DNA of 64,000 bases, taken from NCBI GenBank assembly GCA_021795715.1, contig JAJYPD010000007.1:8956-72955 (forward strand). Direction: 5' to 3'. Of the stretch, positions 12,448-21,319 are shown one piece after another. The notes beneath the pieces were generated by a model. It ran no database searches and was not told the origin of the DNA. It saw nothing but the letters and a program-made list of their open reading frames with translations. Origin of the DNA: Pseudomonadota bacterium. Lineage in GTDB: Bacteria > Pseudomonadota > Gammaproteobacteria > Acidiferrobacterales > Acidiferrobacteraceae. Numbering within the stretch: the first letter of the stretch is position 1; every line of letters starts with the position of its first letter. A program made the position numbers and the translations under genes.

Positions 12448-13317
12448 TCAGCGGCCGGGCCGGATCGGATGGGTCCGCCGCAACAGCGAGGTCGCGGCCA
12501 CGTTGGTCAACAGCACCAGCAGGATGACCAGAAAGGCCGCGGCGAAGGCGAGTGCATGGGCCGAGCGGTAGGGCTGGTTGATGAAGCTCCAGATGACGTA
12601 GGTCAGGTAGCCGATCGGTTCGTGAATGAGCCGCCCGCTCCAGAGGAAATTCGACCATCCTGCCGTGTAGATGAGGGGTGCGGTCTCACCGAGCGAAATG
12701 GCCATCGCAAGCAGCGCGCCGGTCAGAATGCCCGGAAGGGCAAGCGGCAAGGCGATGCGCGTGATCACGGTGAATTCGCGCAGTCCCAAAGCGTAGCCGG
12801 CTTCGCGCAGATTGTTCGGCACCTGCGAGAAGGCGATCTCTGTAAAGCGCGCGATGTAGGGCACGACCATGATGGCGAGGGTGATCGAGCCTGCCAGCAT
12901 GGAGAACTGCCAGCCCATGCCGATGACCAGCGTGACGTAGCTGAAGTAGCCAAGCACGATGGACGGCACCCCGGTCAGCACGTCATCCAGGAAACGCACC
13001 AGGCGTCCGAAACGGCCACGCCCGAATTCCGACAGATGGATGCCGGCCAGGACACCCACCGGCACCGCGATCAGCAAGGCGCCCGCCACCAGCACGAGTG
13101 TCCCGGTAATGGCGTTTAGCAGGCCCCCCGAGATGCCGTTGGTGACTTCGGTGAACAGCTTGAACGACAACGCGGAAAATCCCTTGGCAAGGACCGTGTA
13201 CAGAATATCGAGCAAAGGCACGGCGACGATGACAAACGCAAAACCCGCCAGAATCCAGTTGATGCCGGACATCACCCGCCGGCGGGTGATGCGGGATGGC
13301 TTAAAGGGACGAGACAT
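12448..13317 (-). CDS. pstA: Phosphate ABC transporter permease PstA
   Basis: 6-TM BPD-transporter permease with EAGYALG-type EAA loop (REAGYALGLREFTVI). Follows pstC. Confidence 0.9.
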   Translation of the reverse strand: MSRPFKPSRITRRRVMSGINWILAGFAFVIVAVPLLDILYTVLAKGFSALSFKLFTEVTNGISGGLLNAITGTLVLVAGALLIAVPVGVLAGIHLSEFGRGRFGRLVRFLDDVLTGVPSIVLGYFSYVTLVIGMGWQFSMLAGSITLAIMVVPYIARFTEIAFSQVPNNLREAGYALGLREFTVITRIALPLALPGILTGALLAMAISLGETAPLIYTAGWSNFLWSGRLIHEPIGYLTYVIWSFINQPYRSAHALAFAAAFLVILLVLLTNVAATSLLRRTHPIRPGR

Positions 13318-14269
13318 GGCGTGATGAACCGGTCAGGAAACGGGCCAGCATGTTGGTGATGACCGCGATGATGAACAGAATCAGGGCGATTTCCGCCAAG
13401 GATCGTACCGCCATTCCGGTGGGATCCTGCAGGGCGCTGTCCAACTGCGAAACGATAAACGAGGCCATCGTCGTGACCGGACTGTAGATATTGTTCGGAA
13501 AGTAGTTGAGGGCGCCACCGCTGACCATCAGCACGGCCATGGTTTCGCCAAGGGCGCGTCCGAGACCGAGGATGCAGGCGCCGATGATATTGCTGCGCAC
13601 CATCGGCAGCATGGCGCGCCTGACCACCTCGAAATGCGTCGCACCGAGCGCATAGGCGGCTTCCTTGGTTTCCGCCGGAACCCGCGCAAGTCCGTCGCGA
13701 ACGGTCGCGGCGATGATCGGCACCACCATCAACGCCAGCACGAGCGAGGCGGCGAGCAGGCCGTAGCCGCTGCCGATTGAACCGCCAAAGAACGGGATGA
13801 TCCGGCCAAGCGAACCACGCAGGGCAGGCCCGATGTCGCGGGCGATGAGCGGGGTGAGCACCGAATAGCCCCACAGTCCGTAGACGACGCTGGGTACGGC
13901 CGCCAGCAATTCCACGATGAACGACAACACGGGGCGCAGGCGCGCATTCAGGCCCTCCGCGAGAAAGATCGCGACGCCGAGGCTGACCGGGATGGCGATC
14001 GCCAGCGCGATCGCGGACGTCGACAGCGTGCCGACTATGAAAACGAGAATGCCGTAGTTGGCGCCGATGGGCACCTGTTGGCCATGACGCTCGACGGGGT
14101 TGGCGTACAGATTACCGAGACTCCAGGTGTGTCCGCCAAGAAAACCGAGGCCGTTGAAACGGATGGCCGGCCACGAGTAGTGGGCCAGAAACACAAAAAT
14201 GGCCACAAGGGCCAGGGGGATGAGGCTCGTTGCCAGCAGGAGCACCATCCGGAATGGTCGTAACGTCAT
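13301..14269 (-). CDS. pstC: Phosphate ABC transporter permease PstC
   Basis: Permease with EAA loop KEAAYALGATHFEVV. Met at 14269 is preceded by GAGGG; the track ORF extends to 14326. Confidence 0.9.
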   Translation of the reverse strand: MTLRPFRMVLLLATSLIPLALVAIFVFLAHYSWPAIRFNGLGFLGGHTWSLGNLYANPVERHGQQVPIGANYGILVFIVGTLSTSAIALAIAIPVSLGVAIFLAEGLNARLRPVLSFIVELLAAVPSVVYGLWGYSVLTPLIARDIGPALRGSLGRIIPFFGGSIGSGYGLLAASLVLALMVVPIIAATVRDGLARVPAETKEAAYALGATHFEVVRRAMLPMVRSNIIGACILGLGRALGETMAVLMVSGGALNYFPNNIYSPVTTMASFIVSQLDSALQDPTGMAVRSLAEIALILFIIAVITNMLARFLTGSSRHVSSL

Positions 14270-14329
14270 GCACCCTCTAAGCCGTAAAGGATGCCAGGCA
14301 CGCTCCCTGTGCCCGGACAATCCCACCCA

Positions 14330-15412
14330 TCAGTGAATCTTTGCGATCTGCTCGCGGCTCAGCGCGGAGATGCGTGGCGGCAAGGCGATGAAGCGGACGC
14401 GCTTTAGGAAGCGCGGCGCATTGCCACCTTCGAGACTGACCGTCCAGTTCAGAAAGTCGCGCAAAGCCGTCGCTGTCGCGCCGTCGGCCTGACGGGCGTT
14501 GACCATCGCGTACTCATAATTGATGATCGGATACGACTGCTTGCCCGGGGCAAACACGAGACTGATACGTTCGTCGCGCGGTGTCTTTGCCACCAGCTGC
14601 TGCGCCGCTGGTTCGACCGTACGCGGCGTCGGCAGCAGGAATTGGCCGGCCCGGTTCTCGATCATTGCCGTACCCAGATGTGCGCGTTCGACCTCGCGGG
14701 TGAAGCTCACGCCGATGTAGGCGATGGAGTAGGGGGTCTGCGACGTGGCCTGTACCATGCCCGGATTGCCGATCGCGCCCAGGCCGCCCTGCACCGCGGG
14801 CCAGCTGATGGTCGTGCCATAGCCTACGCGATCATTCCACGTCGGCGTCGAGAACGACAGGTACTGGCTGAAGATGAACGTATCGCCCGAACCGTCAGTA
14901 CGGTGAATCGGGGTGATGGTGTGCGCAGGCAGACGCACGCCCGGGTTCAACCGCGCGATGGCGGGGTTGTTCCAGTCACGAATCTGGCCGTCGTAGATGC
15001 CGGCGAGCACGGGTCCGTTCAGCTTCAGGTGGATATTGTTCAGGCCGGGGACGTTGTAGTTGATGGTCTGCGCCGAAATCGCCAGCGGGATATTCAGAAT
15101 GTCCGGATTCTGCTTGACCTGCATGTCGCTCATGTAGGCGTCCGAAGCGCCGATCTGTGCCACGCCGGAGATGGCTTCGGCGATGCCCGTGCCGCTGCCC
15201 GTGCCCTGCGTATTGATGCGGACGTTCGACCGGATGTGGTGATAGACCGGTACCCACAGATTAAAGAGCGGATAGAGCAGGGTTGAACCCGTCTCCATGA
15301 TGTTGATGGTCTTTGCAACGGCGACCGACCCGGCCCCGAACGTCCCGGCTGTGGCGATCAGCGCCGCCGCCATGGTGGTCCGGAGTCCTTGTGTCAGACA
15401 GAACTTTTGCAT
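14330..15412 (-). CDS. pstS: Phosphate-binding protein PstS
   Basis: Signal peptide, then ETGSTLLYPL, TQGTGSGTGI and ASDAYM phosphate-binding-fold motifs. Confidence 0.9.
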   Translation of the reverse strand: MQKFCLTQGLRTTMAAALIATAGTFGAGSVAVAKTINIMETGSTLLYPLFNLWVPVYHHIRSNVRINTQGTGSGTGIAEAISGVAQIGASDAYMSDMQVKQNPDILNIPLAISAQTINYNVPGLNNIHLKLNGPVLAGIYDGQIRDWNNPAIARLNPGVRLPAHTITPIHRTDGSGDTFIFSQYLSFSTPTWNDRVGYGTTISWPAVQGGLGAIGNPGMVQATSQTPYSIAYIGVSFTREVERAHLGTAMIENRAGQFLLPTPRTVEPAAQQLVAKTPRDERISLVFAPGKQSYPIINYEYAMVNARQADGATATALRDFLNWTVSLEGGNAPRFLKRVRFIALPPRISALSREQIAKIH

Positions 15413-15458
15413 GTCTACCCTCAGATGTGTTGGCCAGCCCGCAGGCTAAGGCCTCCAT

Positions 15459-15476
15459 ATGTCAGTATCGTGACAG
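15459..15476 (-). promoter_or_regulatory. Pho box (PhoB binding site) upstream of pstS
   Basis: Minus strand reads CTGTCAC-GATA-CTGACAT, i.e. 7-4-7 direct repeats matching the CTGTCAT-N4-CTGTCAY consensus. It lies 47-64 nt upstream of the pstS ATG. Confidence 0.55.
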
Positions 15477-15518
15477 TTCAGCCCGTGACCGCGAGTGTAA
15501 CCCATTCGACCGCCCGCG

Positions 15519-16589
15519 TCAGGTCCGCAGGAGGGGGATCCGCGTCGCCATTGCGCCACGCAATCCGGTCGTCCGCAGTCCCGCCAGGCCCCCCGGCGCC
15601 CGCCGCGCGACCATCGACAGGGCGGCCAGTGCGCCCAAGCCCGCTGCCGCGAGCATCATACTCCGATGTCGTGTCGTCCACACCTGGGGGCTGCGGCTTA
15701 AGGCCTTTTCATCGAAAGGTCCATGGGCGCCGTGATCACCTTTGACCGGTTTCCACAGATTTTCGGGTTGATTGGGGTCAACAAGTTCCCGGGTCTGCTG
15801 GATCCGGTAGCCCTTGCGGGCGAGGTAGCGATCGACGATTGCAGGCAGCAGCTTGTTGGCCAACACCGCAAATACCGTGGTGGCCCCGACTTCGATTTCG
15901 CGGCGGTCGTGACTTGCCGCCCAGACAACCGTTTCGGCAGCCGCCTCCGGCTGGTAGATGGGGGGCACGGGCCGGGCCTTGTGCGACATGCGGTTCCTGG
16001 TCCAGACAAATTGCGGGGTGTTCATCGCCGGCATCTGCACCATCGTGACGCGCACGCGGCTTTTGTCGTGGAGCAGTTCCGTGCGCAGCGATTCCGTGAA
16101 GGCAAGGAGGGCCTGTTTGGCCGCGCAGTAGGCCGCTTGCAGGGGAATACCGCGATAGGCGAGCGCTGAGCCCACCTGGATGATGGTGCCCCGATCGCGC
16201 GGCACCATGCGGCGCAGCGCCGCCATGGTGCCATAGACCGCCCCGAGGTACGTCACGTCGGTGACGCGCTTGATTTCGTCTGGCCGCATGCGCATGACCG
16301 GCGCGAACATCGAGGCCATGGCGTTATTGACCCAGACGGTGATGGGGCCGAATTCGCGTTCGACGGTGTCGGCTGCGGCCTCGAGCTGTTGGGCGTCGGC
16401 GACGTCAACCGGCACGGCGATAGCCCGTCCGCCGAGCGACTCGACCTCGCGTTTGGCCGCCTCGAGGCCCTCGTGCCCCCGCGCCAGCAGGCCGATATCG
16501 GCACCCTGGCGGGCGAAGGCGCGCGCGACGGCGCGGCCATGCCCGGCACTGGCACCGGTGATCACCACAACAGGACGTGAATGGGTCAT
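15519..16589 (-). CDS. Short-chain dehydrogenase/reductase (SDR) with about 100-aa C-terminal extension ending in a hydrophobic segment
   Basis: TGASAGHGRA (TGxxxGxG), NNAM, and catalytic S...YCAAK (YxxxK). Met at 16589 is preceded by AGGAGG; the upstream 42 codons of the track ORF look non-coding. Confidence 0.8.
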   Translation of the reverse strand: MTHSRPVVVITGASAGHGRAVARAFARQGADIGLLARGHEGLEAAKREVESLGGRAIAVPVDVADAQQLEAAADTVEREFGPITVWVNNAMASMFAPVMRMRPDEIKRVTDVTYLGAVYGTMAALRRMVPRDRGTIIQVGSALAYRGIPLQAAYCAAKQALLAFTESLRTELLHDKSRVRVTMVQMPAMNTPQFVWTRNRMSHKARPVPPIYQPEAAAETVVWAASHDRREIEVGATTVFAVLANKLLPAIVDRYLARKGYRIQQTRELVDPNQPENLWKPVKGDHGAHGPFDEKALSRSPQVWTTRHRSMMLAAAGLGALAALSMVARRAPGGLAGLRTTGLRGAMATRIPLLRT

Positions 16590-16942
16590 AACGCCTCCTG
16601 AAAAGCCGTTGGTCTTGCGTGGGGGATAAGGATACGGTGGCAGTCTCCTATGGGCCGGCGGCAGGCAGTCCCCGCACCGGCGGCTTTGCATGACGCCACC
16701 ACCGCAAACGATCACGGCGTGGGCACCCAGGTCATCTGCAACCTGCGATTCCCCGCACAGCGTGCGATCCTAGCCTGATTCGCCCGCGGCATTGATCCGG
16801 CGAAAGCAGCAAGGTGGCGCACGCGACGGCGGACACTGGCGGCACCCCGATGGGGGATGCGGCGGGGCCGATGCCGCTTTGCACGTTGCGCAGGCGCAAG
16901 CGCGCAGTTTAGAGTGCGGCTGTTCGGTGGCCAGGGCGTGGG

Positions 16943-18109
16943 ATGATGGGATCCGGGAGCAGGAAGGCAGGCACAACGCACGGGGACTTCGATCGTCCGC
17001 TGCCAAGAGAAGGGACCGGCAGCGTCAAGTGGGATCGTTATCGCGACACCGGCATCATTCCACTTTGGGTCGCCGATATGGATTTTGCAGCGCCAGAACC
17101 GGTCGTCGCGGCAATCAGGGCGCGGCTTCAGCATCCCGTGTTTGGTTACACCAATGCCCCCGAGGGACTGGTTGAGGCGGTCTGCGCCCATGTCGCGAAA
17201 AGCACAGGTTGGTCGATCCGCCGGGAGTGGATCGTCTGGCTCCCGGGGCTTGTGAGCGGCCTGAACATCGCTGCGCGGGCGACGGGAGAGCCAGGCGACG
17301 CCGTGATCACGGCCACCCCGGTTTATCCCCCATTTTTGAGTGCGCCTGCACTCTCGCAACGGGAGCTCATCACAGTTCCACTCAGCCGCCAGGATGACGG
17401 CCGCTATGAGTGGGACTGGGACCGGCTCAATGCCGCCGTGACCCCGCGCACGCGGCTGCTCTTGCTGTGCAATCCGCACAATCCCGTGGGCCGCGTATGG
17501 ACCGGCGAGGAATTGCGCCATCTGGCGCATTGGAGCGAGCGGTATGGCATTGCCATCTGCAGCGACGAAATCCACGCCGGCCTCGTGCTGGACACCGGCG
17601 TGCGCCATCTCCCGATCGCCATGCAGCACCCCGAACTCGCCGAGCGCAGCATCACGCTGATGGCACCCAGCAAGACTTTCAACATACCCGGTCTTGGTTT
17701 TTCGTTTGCGGTGATTCCGGGTGAATCGCTGCGGCGGCGATTCCGGGAGACGATGAAAGGGATCGTTCCGGACATCAACGTCTTCGGCTACGTGGCGGCA
17801 CTGGCCGCCTACACGCAGGGGGAACCGTGGCGGCAGTCGCTCCTTGACTATCTGCGGGGTAATCGCGCGCGCCTGATGGAGGTTATCGCGCATCATCCGC
17901 TTCTGGCCGGCACACACCCCGAGGCCACCTATCTGGCGTGGGTCGATGCGCGCGCCCTGGGCGAGAATCCGCAGAAGATCTTCGAGAAGGCAGGGCTTGG
18001 CCCGTCGGATGGCCGTGACTTCGGGGCCCCGGGCTTTGTCCGTATCAATTACGGTTGCCGCCGGGCTTTGTTGGAGGAAGTCCTTGAACGGCTTGCGACG
18101 ATCCGCTAG
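16943..18109 (+). CDS. PLP-dependent C-S lyase / aminotransferase class I-II (PatB/MalY type cystathionine beta-lyase)
   Basis: REGTGSVKWDRY, WVADMDFAAPEPV, NPHNPVGRVW, and SKTFNIPGLG (PLP lysine) are characteristic of MalY/PatB. Confidence 0.8.
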   Translation: MMGSGSRKAGTTHGDFDRPLPREGTGSVKWDRYRDTGIIPLWVADMDFAAPEPVVAAIRARLQHPVFGYTNAPEGLVEAVCAHVAKSTGWSIRREWIVWLPGLVSGLNIAARATGEPGDAVITATPVYPPFLSAPALSQRELITVPLSRQDDGRYEWDWDRLNAAVTPRTRLLLLCNPHNPVGRVWTGEELRHLAHWSERYGIAICSDEIHAGLVLDTGVRHLPIAMQHPELAERSITLMAPSKTFNIPGLGFSFAVIPGESLRRRFRETMKGIVPDINVFGYVAALAAYTQGEPWRQSLLDYLRGNRARLMEVIAHHPLLAGTHPEATYLAWVDARALGENPQKIFEKAGLGPSDGRDFGAPGFVRINYGCRRALLEEVLERLATIR

Positions 18110-18151
18110 GCCCGCGCAGGCGCGCCCGCCCAACGCGACTGCGGGGCCGCG

Positions 18152-18802
18152 TCAGGCGCGCGCGGCGTCGAGCCGTGCCAGTAGCGCCTTGGCACGGTCG
18201 CGCCCGACGGCGAAGGCCTCTTCGACCGGTACAATCTCCACACCCGGATGCGTAGCCGCCCAGCTTTCGCCGGCCGCCTGCGAGGCGAAGAAGTGAACGT
18301 GGCAGCAGAAGGCCTGACGGATATCGGATGTTGCCCGGGGAAGGATCAGGGATACGGCCGCTGCAGCCGGTTGGATGTCGCGCACCGTCTCGGGTGTCAC
18401 GGTCAGGGAGACCGGCGCACTGGTCGCCGGGCAACGCGACGCGACTCTTGCGCTCTGGCCGATCAGCGCGGGGAAAAACAGGGTGTCAAAGGCGCACCAG
18501 GTGTAGAGATGCCGCCCGCCGACGGAAAATCCATGCACCGTCTCGCGCTGTGTCAGTCCGTAACCGACGATGTTGCCGTCGCCATCGCGCTCGACAGCCG
18601 CCACATCGGCAAGCAGCTCTGCCACGTGTTCGGCGGTCGATCCGAGCGCCTGCGCAAGGGCGGCCGGCGCGACCGGACGCCCCTGGGCCAGCTGGCGCAG
18701 CAAGACCACAAAAGGTTTGGTGAAGTCTGCGGATCGTTCGGTGGTCGTCAACCGGGAGATGAGTTCATCCGTGCAGCGGATCACGCGGTCTCGCTGGCGC
18801 AT
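18152..18802 (-). CDS. merB: Organomercurial lyase MerB homologue
   Basis: [17 protein letters not shown] (Cys96/Asp99 equivalents), [14 protein letters not shown] (Cys117 equivalent) and [12 protein letters not shown] (Cys159 equivalent) align with remembered plasmid MerB sequence. Confidence 0.85.
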   Translation of the reverse strand: MRQRDRVIRCTDELISRLTTTERSADFTKPFVVLLRQLAQGRPVAPAALAQALGSTAEHVAELLADVAAVERDGDGNIVGYGLTQRETVHGFSVGGRHLYTWCAFDTLFFPALIGQSARVASRCPATSAPVSLTVTPETVRDIQPAAAAVSLILPRATSDIRQAFCCHVHFFASQAAGESWAATHPGVEIVPVEEAFAVGRDRAKALLARLDAARA

Positions 18803-18818
18803 CAGCGGTCCGCCTGGG

Positions 18819-19394
18819 TCATACGACCGGCATGCCTTCGTTTTCCAGCATGCGCACGAGACGAATCAACGGCAAACCGATGAGCGTTGTCGGGTCATCG
18901 CCTTCGAAGCGCTCAAGCAGGGCGATACCCAGACCCTCGGATTTGACGCTGCCGGCGCAATCGTAAGGCTGTTCCCGTTCCAGATAGCGCTCGATGCAGG
19001 CCTCGGACAGGGTCCGGAAGGCCACTCCGAATCGTTCGACCGTGGTCTGCAGGCTGCCGGTGCGGGTGTTCAGGACCGCAAGTCCCGTATAGAGCTGCGC
19101 AGTCTTGCCGGAGATCGCCATGAGCTGCCGTTTTGCCTCGGCAAAGTCGCCGGATTTGCCAACGATCTCGCCGTTGTAGTCGGCGACCTGATCCGAACCG
19201 ATCACGAGCGCATCGTCGCAGCCTGCGCCGCCTGCCCGCGCCTTACTGATGGCCAGACGCAAGGCAAGATCGGGCGGCGCCTCGCGCGGCAGGGCGCTTT
19301 CATCGACGTGGGGCGCGCGTACCTCGAAGGGGATGCCGAGCCGCCCCAACAATTCCCGCCGGTACCGCGATCCGGAAGCCAGAATGAGCCGCAT
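18819..19394 (-). CDS. maf: Maf-family nucleoside triphosphate pyrophosphatase (YceF-like)
   Basis: [21 protein letters not shown] and GAYGIQ-like GSVKSEGLG motifs. ATG at 19394 overlaps the pycB stop (TGATG). Confidence 0.85.
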   Translation of the reverse strand: MRLILASGSRYRRELLGRLGIPFEVRAPHVDESALPREAPPDLALRLAISKARAGGAGCDDALVIGSDQVADYNGEIVGKSGDFAEAKRQLMAISGKTAQLYTGLAVLNTRTGSLQTTVERFGVAFRTLSEACIERYLEREQPYDCAGSVKSEGLGIALLERFEGDDPTTLIGLPLIRLVRMLENEGMPVV

Positions 19395-21229
19395 CAACCG
19401 ATCTCGACCAAGGCCTCGTCCGGAACGACACTGTCCCCTTTTTTGACGTGGATGGCCTTGACGGTGCCTTTGATGGGGGCGGGTACCTCGTTTTCCATCT
19501 TCATGGCCTCGATGACCAGAACGGCGTCACCGGCATTGACCGTTGCCCCCAGCTGCACGACGACGTCCACGACCGTACCCGGCATGGCGCTCGTCACGTC
19601 GCCGGGTTTGCGGGCCTTGGGCCGTTCGCCGGGCTTGGTCGCCGCCGTCGTGCCCGCCACGGTCTCCGTGCCCACGGTGGGCACGATTCCGATGGTCTCG
19701 ACCATGATTTCCTCGGGCATGCCGTCGACATAGACGTAGAACGGCCGCCGCTCCTCGTTCTTGTGACCGGCGCCCCGGATCTTGATGTTGTAGGTCTCAC
19801 CGTGCATGGTGACATTGAAGTCGGTCGGCGCAAGATAACAGGGCGCAGATTGCGCCTCGGCCGGCGGCAGCAGATCCTCCGGATGCAGGGTACCTGTGCG
19901 CCGCTCATCCAGAAACGTCCGGCCGATTTCCGGAAACATGGCGTATGTCAGCACATCTTCTTCCGATTTCGCCAGATCGCCGATCTCGCGGCGCAAGCGC
20001 GTCATTTCCGGTTTCAGGTCATCCGCCGGCCGGTGGGTGATGACAGATTCGTTGCCGATCGCAAGGCGGCGCAGGCGTTCATCGACCGCGCCCGGCGGCT
20101 TGCCATAACGGCCCTGCAGATAAAGTTTCACCTCGTTGGTGATGTTCTTGTAGCGCTGCCCGGTGAGGACGTTGAAGACCGCCTGGGTGCCGACAATCTG
20201 TGAAGTCGGCGTCACGAGCGGCGGATAGCCGAGGTCGGCGCGCACGCGCGGGATCTCCGCCAGCACTTCATCCATGCGGTTTAGCGCACCCTGTTCCTTC
20301 AGCTGGTTGGCGAGGTTGGAGATCATGCCGCCCGGCACCTGGTTGACGTGGACGCGCGTGTCGACGCCCGTGTGCTCGCTCTCGAACTGGTGGTAACGCT
20401 TTCTGACCTCGCGGAAGTAGCCATTGACCCGTTCGAGGCGGTCGATATCAAGACCCGTGTCGTGCGCCGTTCCGCGCAAGGCCACGACCAGACTTTCGGT
20501 GGGCGGGTGACTGGTGCCGTTGCCAAACGAAGACAGCGCGGTATCGATCATGTAGCAGCCGGCTTCGATTGCCTTCCACTGACACACGGCGGCAAGGCCT
20601 GATGTCGCATGCGAATGCAGGTGCAGTGGAATGTTCACCGCCTTGACCAGCGCCTTGACCAGCGCGCTCGTCCGCGGTGGCGTCAACAGGCCCGCCATGT
20701 CCTTGATCGCGATCGTATGGCAGCCCATGGCCTCCAGTTCGCGCGCCATTTCCACATAGGCCGGAATGCTGTGCACCGGGCTGGTCGTATAGCAGATCGT
20801 GCCTTCGGCATGCTTGCCCGCCGCGATCGTGGCCTCGATAGCAACGCGCAGGTTGCGCATGTCGTTCATGGCGTCGAAGATACGGAACACGTCGACGCCG
20901 TTGGCGGCGGCGCGTTCGACGAAGGCGCGTACCACATCGTCTGAATAGTGCCGGTAGCCGAGCAGGTTCTGGCCGCGCAGCAGCATCTGCAACCGCGTGT
21001 TGGGAAGGGCGGCTTTCAGTGCGCGCAGACGCTCCCATGGGTCTTCTTTCAAAAAACGCAGGCAGGCGTCGAAGGTCGCGCCACCCCAGGCTTCGAGCGA
21101 CCAATACCCGATGGCATCGAGGTCGGGACAGGCAGGCAGCATGTCTTCAGTGCGCATGCGCGTCGCAATCAGTGACTGATGGGCGTCACGCAGGATGACA
21201 TCGGTGATCAAGACGCGATTTTTCGGCAC
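19394..21229 (-). CDS. pycB: Carboxyltransferase plus biotin-carrier subunit (pyruvate carboxylase subunit B / oxaloacetate decarboxylase alpha type)
   Basis: HMGL-like TIM barrel ITDVILRDAHQSL...HLHSHATSG. C-terminal biotinyl domain with the EAMKMENE biotin-lysine motif. GTG start. Confidence 0.8.
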   Translation of the reverse strand: MPKNRVLITDVILRDAHQSLIATRMRTEDMLPACPDLDAIGYWSLEAWGGATFDACLRFLKEDPWERLRALKAALPNTRLQMLLRGQNLLGYRHYSDDVVRAFVERAAANGVDVFRIFDAMNDMRNLRVAIEATIAAGKHAEGTICYTTSPVHSIPAYVEMARELEAMGCHTIAIKDMAGLLTPPRTSALVKALVKAVNIPLHLHSHATSGLAAVCQWKAIEAGCYMIDTALSSFGNGTSHPPTESLVVALRGTAHDTGLDIDRLERVNGYFREVRKRYHQFESEHTGVDTRVHVNQVPGGMISNLANQLKEQGALNRMDEVLAEIPRVRADLGYPPLVTPTSQIVGTQAVFNVLTGQRYKNITNEVKLYLQGRYGKPPGAVDERLRRLAIGNESVITHRPADDLKPEMTRLRREIGDLAKSEEDVLTYAMFPEIGRTFLDERRTGTLHPEDLLPPAEAQSAPCYLAPTDFNVTMHGETYNIKIRGAGHKNEERRPFYVYVDGMPEEIMVETIGIVPTVGTETVAGTTAATKPGERPKARKPGDVTSAMPGTVVDVVVQLGATVNAGDAVLVIEAMKMENEVPAPIKGTVKAIHVKKGDSVVPDEALVEIG

Positions 21230-21319
21230 GGTCTACCTGTTTGTTGTCTGATGCGAAGGCGGAATTATACCCATTCTCCCGGGCGCTGTCGTCAGTGCGG
21301 CCGCGCCCGGGTGCGCCGT

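Noticed and set aside
16712-18133. 473-aa minus-strand ORF
   Set aside because: It is antisense to the PatB/MalY-type lyase gene, which has a PLP-lysine motif. It is a high-GC shadow ORF.
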